IMG/VR virus record: IMGVR_UViG_3300042507_004023 | DNA length: 64,000 nucleotides | Origin: a virus | Direction: 5' to 3' (one strand) | In this document: positions 35,400-45,600 of the stretch, piece by piece | How positions within the stretch are numbered: the first letter of the stretch is position 1 | Layout: every line of letters begins with the position of its first letter | Position numbers and translations under genes: made by a program | The notes under the pieces: generated by a model | What the model was told of the DNA's origin: nothing | Database searches by the model: none | Seen by the model: the letters and a program-made list of their open reading frames with translations, nothing else

Positions 35400-35930
35400 A
35401 TGCACAACTCACCAATCAGCAAAGAATTTTATGATAGCATCACAAATGTTCTCGTTGGCAAGACAACCGTAAAAGTTGAACTTCCCGAGTCGCTAAAAGA
35501 AGCAGCCAAGGCGGCCGCAACCGAATTAAAGACGCTCAACGAAAGCGTTATGGTTGCAGAAACAAGGCGTAACATTCTACGCAAGCACCTGAAAGAGGGT
35601 GCTGCTAAGTGTGGTTGCTCGTTAACACCAGAAATGGTGGTGCGTTTTGATGAGTTGGTAAATGAAGCCGATGTTAAAATGCCAACACAAAAGGCAGCAT
35701 TGGCTACTCCCGCTGAAGTGAAGAACAAGACTGCTCCAAAGGGTGGTGCATCGAGTGCAGAAGCAAGCAAGTTGGCTACTCCCGCTAAAGCCACTGCTGC
35801 CATTAAAACCGCTGGTATGAAAGAAGAAACTCAACCATCACAGATTGAATTGGGTCTTCGTGAATTTTTGACTCAACTTTCTGAAGAAGAAGTTGCAACC
35901 CTTCGCAACATCATCAACGAAACTCGCTAA
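35400..35930 (+). CDS. Hypothetical Ala/Lys/Glu-rich protein, probably virion-associated
   Basis: Preceded by ACTAAATA (35352-35359) and AAGGAG; internal LATPA duplication (TTGGCTACTCCCGCT at 35700 and 35772). Confidence 0.75.
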   Translation: MHNSPISKEFYDSITNVLVGKTTVKVELPESLKEAAKAAATELKTLNESVMVAETRRNILRKHLKEGAAKCGCSLTPEMVVRFDELVNEADVKMPTQKAALATPAEVKNKTAPKGGASSAEASKLATPAKATAAIKTAGMKEETQPSQIELGLREFLTQLSEEEVATLRNIINETR

Positions 35931-35952
35931 ATAACGACAAGGAGAAGCCGAA

Positions 35953-36852
35953 ATGGGAACTTGGAATAATAACGATAGAGAAGAATCAAAACCAACATGG
36001 TTGACAGCAGCCCAAAAGCGTTTCTGTGTTCGCACAACCGCAGGATGGGAACTTCCTGTTGCGAACGCCTTGTCAAATTTGGCTGGTCAATTCGAAGGTG
36101 TAAAAACACTTGGAGCAACTTCAAGTTATCCTCAAATGGAACTGATTGTTGCTATGCCTAACGATCCTGTTGCTCCATTTAGTGCCAACGGAGTAACTGG
36201 CACGACCAATAGCGCATTTGCCAATCGCCTTAGCATTACCGGTGGTTGGACTTCTGGTGATTTGCTAGTAGGTCAAGGAATTACAAACTATTCTCCATAT
36301 ATCACAACCCCATTCAATGGTGATGGAGCAACATCTGGCGGAAATTCAGGTTTAGGGTTAAGCCATTCCGCAACTGCAAATTTCGGGTTAAATGAATACG
36401 GTGTTTCTACCCTGTTCTGGGGAACCACAAGTCTTGGTTTAACTAATTCGGTTCCAACATACACCAATGTTGTCGGAACGGTTTTCCCCGCAGGAAACAC
36501 AGGTTACATTAAAGTTAAAGCAAATGATGTGAATTTCACACAAAATCTTGTTTTGACAGTAACCGGAAACATGACAGGCGGAGGACCTGCTCTTCATAGC
36601 GATTTGAAGAGAATCACATTCGTAACAGGAAGCACACTACTTACTAGTAGTGGAGCAAATGGAATTCCAACAGCAGTCTATGAAGCATTCTTCGGCCCAA
36701 CATCAACATACAACAGTGATATTGGCGTGGTAATTCTTCCAGCAGGATTGACTTCGGGAGCATACGGTTTAACAGCAACAGTATACGATGGTTCAACTGC
36801 TGGTGCTGCTTCAGGAACAGGACATGCTTCCTTCCGTGTAACAGTTCGTTGA
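35953..36852 (+). CDS. Putative virion structural protein
   Basis: MGTWNNND...KPTWL...AGW start typical of T4-like structural proteins; Gly/Thr/Ser-rich; GCTAAATA and AAGGAG upstream. Confidence 0.65.
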   Translation: MGTWNNNDREESKPTWLTAAQKRFCVRTTAGWELPVANALSNLAGQFEGVKTLGATSSYPQMELIVAMPNDPVAPFSANGVTGTTNSAFANRLSITGGWTSGDLLVGQGITNYSPYITTPFNGDGATSGGNSGLGLSHSATANFGLNEYGVSTLFWGTTSLGLTNSVPTYTNVVGTVFPAGNTGYIKVKANDVNFTQNLVLTVTGNMTGGGPALHSDLKRITFVTGSTLLTSSGANGIPTAVYEAFFGPTSTYNSDIGVVILPAGLTSGAYGLTATVYDGSTAGAASGTGHASFRVTVR

Positions 36853-36864
36853 TAGGAGTTTATC

Positions 36865-37410
36865 ATGCGTTTTAAGGAACTAAGAGGTAAGTTAAAAGAG
36901 CAGTGGGGTATGGCTTCTACCGAGGCGGGTCACTTAAATCCTGCTGTGGGGGCACACAATCCTGATGGAGCAGTTGATACTCCAGAAATTAACATTGCTT
37001 CTTTGAACAACGAAGCCCTTGCTAGACTCAACACATTTCTAGGGGCTGCTGTAAGGAAAACTTACATCAATCCGTATAATGTGTTAACTCAAATCAAGAA
37101 CAAGTTGGAAACTGTTGGTTTATTCTTTGAATACCGTATGCCTCCTGCAAAAACAGGACTAGAACAAGATGCTACAGCAAGCATCGACAACAAGAGAGGC
37201 CCTGTAAACGAAATTGGCGAAGGTTCTCATTCTTTCCCGCTAAAGTATCTTGGTGGATCATATGGTCGCTATCCAACAGATCCTGGCTATGACCCTTATC
37301 ACGCCGACAATATTAGCAATAAGACAGGAACTCCTCTAAATCTTGTTGTTGAAATTGCTAAAAATGAAGACGGAACATTCTCCGTTAAGTCACAAATAGT
37401 TCAAGGCTAA
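36865..37410 (+). CDS. Hypothetical protein
   Basis: 181 aa, AGGAG RBS, N-terminus MRFKELRGKLKE. Confidence 0.75.
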   Translation: MRFKELRGKLKEQWGMASTEAGHLNPAVGAHNPDGAVDTPEINIASLNNEALARLNTFLGAAVRKTYINPYNVLTQIKNKLETVGLFFEYRMPPAKTGLEQDATASIDNKRGPVNEIGEGSHSFPLKYLGGSYGRYPTDPGYDPYHADNISNKTGTPLNLVVEIAKNEDGTFSVKSQIVQG

Positions 37411-37444
37411 GGGCGTTCGCTAAAATCCGCATTTCACCGCCCGA

Positions 37445-37469
37445 AGGGAGCCGAAAGGCTCCCTTTTTT
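37445..37469 (+). terminator. Rho-independent terminator
   Basis: AGGGAGCC-GAAA-GGCTCCCT followed by TTTTT. Confidence 0.92.
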
Positions 37470-37521
37470 ATTATAGATACATGTGAGGAGTTTTTGTAAT
37501 GGTAAAATTTGAGATTTTGTA

Positions 37522-37908
37522 ATGATATTTAAAACGCTTAACGATGAAAATTTCGCGCTATACGCGGTGAAACATTACGATAACCCGCAGTGTCATAGCA
37601 TGCAAGAGTTTGAAGAAGATCTGACTCGCATCATCTATTTGAAGCGTTTGTTTAAGAAATACAAAAGAAGCGGGGAATTAAGAGATCGTTTAATTCTTAA
37701 TCATCTTATCACATTCTATAATGTGTTTGGAATTGAACCTGCTACACGAATGCTGTTCTATAAAATGGATGCTGATCTTTTACCCCTGCTCAAAACCTTC
37801 TTGGTTTACCTGCATTATTTGCCTGAAAATACAAAAAACATAGAAGGCATAGATATAGTGGAAATACCACTAGAAAACGAAATAATCGAGAAACTAAGGA
37901 GTCTGTGA
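37522..37908 (+). CDS. Conserved T4-like hypothetical protein
   Basis: L.DENF.LYA.KHYDNPQC....EFEEDL.RI.YLKRL..KY...GEL..RLILNH....NVFG. Confidence 0.85.
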   Translation: MIFKTLNDENFALYAVKHYDNPQCHSMQEFEEDLTRIIYLKRLFKKYKRSGELRDRLILNHLITFYNVFGIEPATRMLFYKMDADLLPLLKTFLVYLHYLPENTKNIEGIDIVEIPLENEIIEKLRSL

Positions 37909-38594
37909 TGAGTATAGATCCGCGACTTGAAGAAATTATGGCAGAGCATCGCTTCCTTCAGATACTCACCACTCCTTGGAAAAAACAAGCCGCTTATAAA
38001 CTTGGTATCATAAGCGAAAATGGTAAAATTCTTCGAAACCGTCACGAGTTAACAGAATCGCACGAACGACAAGCGTATCCTGATATTTTCTACGCATACT
38101 GTTGGAATGTAAAGCGATTGGTTGAACAGGTTTTTGTCAATAGTCTAGACACTAATAATTTTGTTAAGTCGGTATGGGCATTAAAAACACAATACGGCGG
38201 TTCAACCCCTGAAAAGTTTGAAACTCACATTTTGAACTATTTACAAGAAAAAGGAGTATCTTGTGAACAGTTAGGTGGAATGTTGATGGTGGAAACGCCA
38301 GATTTTAAAACCGATAACCCTTTGGTGGATACAATATTTGGAGTTGCGTTATACAAAGCCAACAAAGGAATAGCCACAATTAAAGAACTTCGTAAGATGG
38401 CGGAAGATGGTGCTGCTGTGGCTGCTCCTGCAAATAATGTGGGTGGCGGTCAAATGGCGGGTGTATCTCCGGGACAAGAGCCTCCAATGCCAAAAACCAC
38501 CGCCATGCAGAAGCGAAAGAAGTTGCAGCGTAGGCAACAAGATCGCATACAAAAAGATATTCAAACCATCAATATCATAAAGCCCAAAAACTAA
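37905..38594 (+). CDS. Conserved T4-like hypothetical protein upstream of primase
   Basis: FLQILTTPW.K..AYKLGII.ENGK; C-terminal ANNVGGG.MAG..PG.EPP. Confidence 0.75.
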   Translation: MMSIDPRLEEIMAEHRFLQILTTPWKKQAAYKLGIISENGKILRNRHELTESHERQAYPDIFYAYCWNVKRLVEQVFVNSLDTNNFVKSVWALKTQYGGSTPEKFETHILNYLQEKGVSCEQLGGMLMVETPDFKTDNPLVDTIFGVALYKANKGIATIKELRKMAEDGAAVAAPANNVGGGQMAGVSPGQEPPMPKTTAMQKRKKLQRRQQDRIQKDIQTINIIKPKN

Positions 38595-38763
38595 CTGGCT
38601 ATGTATACGGAAGTTTGCAGAAATTGCGAACACCTGAAAAATAATTTTTCTGGCACAGGAAAAATGTTTACTTTCAACGAAAAGTTAACTAAACCTTGAA
38701 TTCGTAATCGTCTGCCGTAATGACACCACCTGGGCTCTCAAACCGCAAAACTGCGGGTTTTAG

Positions 38764-38792
38764 TTGCATTCCGCTAAATACTAGTGTATACT
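38764..38792 (+). promoter_or_regulatory. Overlapping early (TTGCAT-17-TG-TATACT) and late-like (GCTAAATA 38773-38780) promoters for primase
   Basis: Both motifs are visible; ATG 38799 lies 6 nt after the -10. Confidence 0.55.
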
Positions 38793-38798
38793 TTCGCC

Positions 38799-39818
38799 AT
38801 GAGTTACTTGGATGTGAAGTTCATAAACATGGTTTCCCCAAGGCTTTCCCGCTTTGCTTGGAAGAAAACAAACGCTCTAGCAGTTTGCAGGTGTCCTATA
38901 TGCGGCGATTCCAAACGAAACAAAACCAAAACCCGCTTCTACTTCTACGAGAAGAAGGGTGGATTCTTTGTCAAGTGTCATAACTGTGACTTCGGAACCA
39001 CCTTATCCAAATTCCTTGAACAGTTTGACAGGCGACTCCATGATGAATACACTCTTGAAAAATACCGAGGTGGACTCACCGGCAGAAACGAAGCCGAGCC
39101 TGCCTTCACCTTCGAACAGCCAAGATTTGGAAGACCTGAAGTGGTTAATTCAAACCCGTCCGAGATGGGAATCGGACTGCCCAAAATTTCGGAACTCGCT
39201 CCGACTCATCCTGCGAAAGCCTTCTTAAACGCTAGAAAGATTCCTGAGTCGTCTCACGAACTCTTGTATTACGCCGAAAACTTTGGTGAGTGGGCTAAAA
39301 CCGTAGATCCCGAAAAAGAGTTGGGCGATGAGCCGAGGCTTGTGATACCAATCATTCATAAAGGTAAACTTGTTGGCGCAAACTGTCGTGCCCTTGACAG
39401 TAAAACTATTCGCTACATCACGCTTCGCAAAGAGCGAGGCGAAGAAAGAATGTGGTTTGGTCTTGACCGGGTGGATAAAAGCAAGCCGGTAATTGTGGTG
39501 GAAGGCCCACTAGACTCTTTGTTTCTTCCTAACGCGGTAGCCACAGCAGGATTAGGCAAGTCTGCTGTTCTGCCTGAAGAGTTGGGTGCAAATCCCGTTT
39601 TCGCTTTGGATAACGAACCCCGAAACCGAGAAGTGGTAAAAGTGGTGGAAGGATTGATTGCGGCGGGTAGAACGGTGTGTATTTGGCCCTCGTCGGTCGA
39701 GCAAAAGGATATTAACGACATGGTGTTAGCCGGACTTGATCCTTTGCGTATTATCACAGAAAATGCGGTTCGTGGTGCGGCAGCAAAACTTAAATTCATG
39801 GGGTGGAAGCGATGCTAG
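38799..39818 (+). CDS. 61: DNA primase (T4 gp61)
   Basis: Zn finger CRCPICGDS..NK.K.R.Y.Y...VKCHNC; TOPRIM VVEGPLDSLFL.NAVA, DNEPRN.E, KDINDMVL.G. Confidence 0.95.
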   Translation: MSYLDVKFINMVSPRLSRFAWKKTNALAVCRCPICGDSKRNKTKTRFYFYEKKGGFFVKCHNCDFGTTLSKFLEQFDRRLHDEYTLEKYRGGLTGRNEAEPAFTFEQPRFGRPEVVNSNPSEMGIGLPKISELAPTHPAKAFLNARKIPESSHELLYYAENFGEWAKTVDPEKELGDEPRLVIPIIHKGKLVGANCRALDSKTIRYITLRKERGEERMWFGLDRVDKSKPVIVVEGPLDSLFLPNAVATAGLGKSAVLPEELGANPVFALDNEPRNREVVKVVEGLIAAGRTVCIWPSSVEQKDINDMVLAGLDPLRIITENAVRGAAAKLKFMGWKRC

Positions 39819-39832
39819 CCCTAAATATGAGT

Positions 39833-40213
39833 ATGAAACCATTCCGTAAATTCGTTGAAGCCATCACTACCGATATCGAGTATGTGAAAAAGAATGCAGG
39901 CTCGTATCAGTATCGTGGAGCCGAGTTTGTGTGGGTGGCTTACCAAGGCGACAAGATTGTGAAGACTGGCAAGATGGGTAGTGCTTCTTTAGAAGACGCG
40001 AAAGCAGATGCCAAACAAATTCTTGCTGCTGTAGACGGAGTTGACCGAATTGAAATCTTGGGCAAAGACGATAAAGTGCTGGCTACCGTGGAAGAAACCA
40101 TGACAGAAATTAGCGGCACAGAACCTGCAATGGATTTGGGTGCGTTAACTAAACCAGGCGGTTCAGGTAAAGCCGCGAAAGCAAAAGTAAAACGACCAGA
40201 TAACCCCCGATAA
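39833..40213 (+). CDS. Hypothetical protein
   Basis: CCTAAATA (39820-39827) 5 nt upstream; N-terminus MKPFRKFVEA. Confidence 0.7.
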   Translation: MKPFRKFVEAITTDIEYVKKNAGSYQYRGAEFVWVAYQGDKIVKTGKMGSASLEDAKADAKQILAAVDGVDRIEILGKDDKVLATVEETMTEISGTEPAMDLGALTKPGGSGKAAKAKVKRPDNPR

Positions 40214-40230
40214 TTTAATAGGAGTATATT

Positions 40231-40941
40231 ATGAGTATGGCAAGTGTGAACGATGCTAACACCATTCAGGTTTTAGACAAGGGATTTGTTAGTCTTATTT
40301 CTCACATGGGCAGCGACCTAATGGTTGTGAATGCAGCCCGTGTATCTTTCAATAAAAAATCCACACAGATGACCGAGAAAGATGCAAAACTTATCGGGTA
40401 TCTTGCCACACATAAGCATTGGACTCCGTTTGCTCATCCGCAGATTACCTTGCACATCAAGGCTCCAATTTCGATTCGCACTCAACTTTTCAAACATAAG
40501 CAAGGATTCGTGGAGAATGAAGTGAGTCGTCGCTATGTGAAAGATGAGCCGGACTTCTATACACCCGACTGGCGTTCCGCTCCCACAAATGGAGCAAAGC
40601 AGGGCAGTGATGATTTCATTCAAGATCTGATTACCAACGATTTTGATCGCATGTATAATCGTGTGGCTTTGGATGCTCTTGATACTTATAATGCTCTGTT
40701 ACGCGACGGTGTTGCTCCTGAACAAGCCAGATTTGTGTTGCCACAAGGCACTTATACCGAGTGGTGGTGGACGGGAAGCCTAGCCGCATACGCCAGAGTC
40801 TACGCATTGCGTTCCGACCCACACGCGCAGTGGGAAGTGCGAGAATACGCTGCCGCTATTTCCAAACTGATTGAACCCCTGTTTCCTGTTTCGTGGAAGG
40901 CTTTAGCACAGCCCCTAAATACAGGCGATGGGACAGTCTGA
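40231..40941 (+). CDS. thyX: Flavin-dependent thymidylate synthase
   Basis: GSDL.VVNAARVSF, HWTPF, RTQLFKHK.GF.ENEVSRRY, APEQARFVLPQ, LR....AQWEVR.YA. Confidence 0.93.
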   Translation: MSMASVNDANTIQVLDKGFVSLISHMGSDLMVVNAARVSFNKKSTQMTEKDAKLIGYLATHKHWTPFAHPQITLHIKAPISIRTQLFKHKQGFVENEVSRRYVKDEPDFYTPDWRSAPTNGAKQGSDDFIQDLITNDFDRMYNRVALDALDTYNALLRDGVAPEQARFVLPQGTYTEWWWTGSLAAYARVYALRSDPHAQWEVREYAAAISKLIEPLFPVSWKALAQPLNTGDGTV

Positions 40942-42058
40942 CCGAGAAAACCACAATCCGTCCGATGACCAATTCCTCCGCGAGTTCGGAGAGTTTTTAG
41001 AATCGGATTCCAACCCGGAATCACCTTCGGGTGATATCGAATTGCCTCAAGGAGAACGAGGCATTCGAGGTCTCCGTGGTCTGCGTGGCATTCCAGGCCC
41101 TCAAGGCCCAAAGGGTGAACGCGGAGAACGCGGAGAGCGTGGTGAACAAGGAGTGCCAGGCAAGGATGGACGGGATGGGTGGCCTGGAGATAAAGGAGAA
41201 CCAGGTGTCCAAGGTGAAAAAGGCGAACGGGGCGAGAAGGGTGAACCGGGAGCACAGGGACCGCAGGGAGTCCAAGGCCCACAAGGAGTTCCAGGTGCTC
41301 AAGGGCCACAGGGAGAGAAAGGTGAGAGAGGAGAGCAGGGAGAACAAGGAGCATCCGGCCCTCAAGGCATTCAAGGCCCGAAAGGCGAAATGGGCCCGAA
41401 AGGTGAGCGAGGGGAAGCGGGAGAGCCGGGAGCAAAGGGCGAAAAGGGTGATGCGGGAGAACGCGGAGCAAAAGGCGATAAGGGCGAGAAGGGCGATTCT
41501 GGACTGGATGGACGCGATGGGGCTGTAGGAGAAAGAGGCGAGCGCGGTGAAAAGGGAGATGCTGGAGAACGAGGCGAAAAGGGTGACAAGGGAGATCAAG
41601 GAGAATCTGGTCTTCTCTACGCAAATTATCCGCTTCAATATGACTCAAATAAAAAGTCTCTGAGCATTGATCTAAGCAAAGTTAAAGCAATTGCTGGTGT
41701 TGGAGCAAGCGTTAGTCGTGATGGTGGAGGCGGTGGTATGGATACTGCCTTCAAGGCAATTGCAGTTTCTGGTCAAGCAGGATTAACTTCCATTCAATAT
41801 GAAGCAGAAACTTTAACCTTTGTTGCTGGTGCTAATGTTTCAATAACAACAGATTCTGCAACAAATTCTTTAACCATTTCTTCTTCTGGCGGTGGTGGTG
41901 GTGGTGGTGGAACAGGAACACAAGTTTTCATTGGAGGAACCTCCGCAGTTCTTACAGGACCATTTTATACTGGTGACAGATGGATAGATACAGACAACGG
42001 AAAACTTTACACCTACACAGTTACAGGACTGTCTAGCAGTTGGGTGGAATACAGATGA
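40928..42058 (+). CDS. Collagen-like fibre protein
   Basis: 62 uninterrupted Gly-X-Y triplets, acidic N-terminus, C-terminal GDRWIDTDNGKLY...W module. Confidence 0.9.
   Translation: MGQSDRENHNPSDDQFLREFGEFLESDSNPESPSGDIELPQGERGIRGLRGLRGIPGPQGPKGERGERGERGEQGVPGKDGRDGWPGDKGEPGVQGEKGERGEKGEPGAQGPQGVQGPQGVPGAQGPQGEKGERGEQGEQGASGPQGIQGPKGEMGPKGERGEAGEPGAKGEKGDAGERGAKGDKGEKGDSGLDGRDGAVGERGERGEKGDAGERGEKGDKGDQGESGLLYANYPLQYDSNKKSLSIDLSKVKAIAGVGASVSRDGGGGGMDTAFKAIAVSGQAGLTSIQYEAETLTFVAGANVSITTDSATNSLTISSSGGGGGGGGTGTQVFIGGTSAVLTGPFYTGDRWIDTDNGKLYTYTVTGLSSSWVEYR
41051..41611 (+). repeat. (Gly-X-Y)62 collagen repeat
   Basis: Counted from the translation GERGIRGLR...GDQGESG. Confidence 0.95.
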
Positions 42059-42591
42059 GTGATGTTAGAATTAAAATTAAGCGTGGGTTAACTGCCGGAA
42101 ATGTTCCTTCAACACTGGCATTTGGTGAACTTGCAATAAACACCTTTGATCGAACTCTTTTTGTTGGAGGATCCACAGGAAGCGTTCAAGAGTATCCGTT
42201 ATCAAAAACTTATGTTTACAACACATACACCGATTTTGTTGCGGATATTAATGCTGGAGTATACGGAACAGCCGGAAATGAAAGTTGGTTTCAATACGGT
42301 GATTTGTTTATTGAGAGAAATTCAAAAACACAATACTCTTTCTTACCGTCAACCACAGGCTCAACTTCTGTTGGAACTTGGTTTCCCCTGACATCTACAG
42401 GAGGATCTGGAGGCAGTGCTGTTGCCGCAGGAGATTCTGTCGTTATAATGCAGTCGTATTTGGCTACGAATCTTGCGCCATCACCTATAAATGATGGTGC
42501 TTTATGGTTCAATACTGACACTGGCGTTTTATACACAGGATATTTGGGCCCATCAGGAAATTCTCAATGGGTTCAAGCATCAGTCACCTAA
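42055..42591 (+). CDS. Tail-fibre-associated protein
   Basis: IKIKRG..AG.VP..LAFGELAIN..D..LFVG fibre N-terminal module; C-terminal GALWFNTDTG.LY...QWV. Confidence 0.75.
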   Translation: MSDVRIKIKRGLTAGNVPSTLAFGELAINTFDRTLFVGGSTGSVQEYPLSKTYVYNTYTDFVADINAGVYGTAGNESWFQYGDLFIERNSKTQYSFLPSTTGSTSVGTWFPLTSTGGSGGSAVAAGDSVVIMQSYLATNLAPSPINDGALWFNTDTGVLYTGYLGPSGNSQWVQASVT

Positions 42592-42630
42592 ATAATCCTA
42601 TCAATATTTCACCGCAATAAGGTTTAGATA

Positions 42631-45600
42631 ATGCCCTTAAACTTTCCATCAACAGGATTAACCGCCAACCAAACCACATACTCATATTCGGGGAATACCT
42701 GGATTTGGAATGGGTTTGCTTGGGATTCCGTTTTTGTAAACGGCATAACGGGAACTGCAAACGAAATTGAGGTTACTGGTCTTACTTCTTTAGTTGTAGG
42801 CTTACCTGATAATGTAACTATTAGTGGAAACTTGAATGTTGACACAATTCTTCCGCGAGCATCTGCATCCGAACTTCAACTCGGCAATTCAAGTAAGCCG
42901 ATTAGAATTGGAGATTTTCAAAACAGTAATAATGGTAACTACTTATCCATAGACGATACAGGAGATTCCATATCCGTTATGGCTCTTCATGGTGTTGTTA
43001 GAATAACTTCATCAGAGGGTGAAATACAACTAGGAGACACCGTTGAAGGAAACGGTAGCGGAGCATTAATTGATATACAGCCTTCTCCAATATCGCAAGA
43101 CAATGTGATTTACATTAAGCCTGTGCAAGGCGGCTCAAATTACATAACCATAAATCCATCAGAACTAAATTACGGAACACTAACTCTCACAGGACAGAAC
43201 GCAAGAATTGGCAGTTTGACGGCGGGAAGCATTTACGCTTCCAATATAGTCAGTTCTTGGAATGGTCAAACTGGCGCAGTAGGATTCTCAAACTATGTTT
43301 CTTCAATAAACGGCAGAACAGGTGCATTCGGTCTCACAGGAACGGCAAACGAAATTGAGATTACAGGAGCCACAAGTTTTGTTGTGGGACTTCCCGATAA
43401 TGTGCAAATTGCTTCTAGTCTGTCTATCAACGGTGGAACCGCATGGCACTCAGGAAACGATGGAGCCACAAGTCAGTTGGATGCAGGCTACCTTTACGGA
43501 ATTCCGGGTAACATTTTCTCGTCTAATTTGGCTACAGGACTTCTATACGGCGGAATCTTGTCTATCAATGCGGGAAACAGCGGTCAGTTTGATATCACCG
43601 CAGGCAAGGGGCAAATTCACTTCGCGGGCGCATCACACACCGCTGAACCAAATCCAACACTACAGTTTATAACATGGACGGGTGCTACAGGCGTTACACT
43701 CAGCGGTCTCACTTCTCAAGACACCACATGGTTGTATTTTGACAGCAGCGGCGTGTTGCATCAGCAAGCCACCTACTATACTGATGACCAAGTTGAAAAC
43801 AACATTGTTATCGGTGCGCTAGTTCATCCAACTCGTTCTTATATCTCGCTAGCCAGAACCATCCCAAATGTGGGATACGCTACCGACAAGCAATACGAGC
43901 AGTTTATTCGTGCATTCGGCCCGATGAAGGTGGATGGTCACACCATTCAAGCAAATGGTGCAAATCTAAGTCTGAATCGCACTTCAGGAACCGCATTCAT
44001 TTTGGGTCGTAACTATAAAACTGACCCAAACAATCCTAGCGTAGTTTCGGATAATGCTAAAACTGAGGCTCAAATATGGAGATACTATCGTGGTGCAACC
44101 GCAGGCACTTTCGTAACTCAAACAGGATTTACGGGAATTGACCCCGCGAACTACGATAACGGCAGCGGAACTCTAGCCGCAGTTTCCCCGTCCACGCCGT
44201 TCACCATTCAGCGAGTATTCTTCTACCCCAACACTCCTGATGTGCTTGGTGTCTATTATGGTAGATCACAATACGCAAGTCTTCCTGAAGCAGCCAAGAA
44301 CATCCATCTTGAAGACTTTACAGAAATCACAAACACCAAGACAAACGCTGTGCTTACTGCGTTTGTGATTGCAAAGTATAACACCACAGACCTTGCAGCA
44401 GATATTCTTGCAGACAACGCACGAATCATTCAAGCAGGACAGTTCCGCACCACATCAAGCGGTGGTGGTAGTGTTGCCACAAATCTAGATGACTTGACGG
44501 ATGTTACCATAACAAGTGTTCAAGATGATGATGTTCTAATTTACGATACAGCCACAAGTCAATGGTTGAATACGCCACTTGCACACATTGGTGTTAGATC
44601 GGTTAATGGTCTAACAGGAGCAATCGTAAGCGTAGCCGTAACTGGCTCTAACACCTTCACCGGCTTGCAGACCATGACGGCAGGAATTACTGCAAGTCAT
44701 CTGTATGTCTCTACCGGTGCTACTTTTGCTTCTCTTGCCACATTCTCTAGCGGATTGTCTTCAGGTTCTACTATAACTGTAAACAATGCAATTCAAGTGG
44801 CTCAACCTGCCGCAAACACAACCGCTCTTATTTTAAGAACTCGCGCCACAAACTCAAATTTTATTACCATAAACGCTACGGGCGGTAATGTTACTGTTGC
44901 TCCAGGAACAGGTGTGCTGCGTGTCACTCAAGGTTACGGTAGTTCAGGAACTATTACAAACACTAGCCGAGGATATCTTGCACTACAGGGAACAGATGGG
45001 GATGCTTCAAGTTTTGATGTAACCATAGATCCATCAACAGCACTATCTGCAAGCCGAACTCTAACTTGCCCAAATTTAAGCGGAACTTTAGCAGTCGTTA
45101 ATGCTGCACAAACTTTCTCATCACTTCAGACTTTCACCGCAGGAATTACCGCAAACGCTCTGTATGTGTCTACAGGCGCAACTTTTGCTTCAAGACCATC
45201 ATTCCCCTCAGGATTAACAACAGATAACCTATGGGTAACTAATGGAGTTACATTTGCAGGAACTTCAGTTCATACAGGTCTCGGCACATTCAACGGTGGT
45301 ATTACTGCTAACAATTTGTGGGTTACAAACGGTGCTACCTTTGCTGGTCAGGTAACTGTAACTAATTTTAGAGCAGCAACAATCGGTGGTGATGAAGGCG
45401 GTCAGATTGATTTCGGGTTGGCTGCTACAAATACTACGCTGACAGGCGGAGTTTCTATTGACATATTCCAAAACAAACTTCGCATTTTTGAATCGGGCGG
45501 AACAAACCGTGGTGCTTACATTGACTTAACCTCTGCCGGAGCAGGAGTAGCATCAAATCTTTTGAGTGGTGGTGGAACTGCTGCTGTTTCTTCGGTAACG

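Noticed and set aside
40800-41648. Long antisense and alternate-frame ORFs over the collagen gene (282, 205, 165 and 72 aa)
   Set aside because: These are shadows of the stop-poor Gly-X-Y codon pattern, with no RBS or recognisable motifs.
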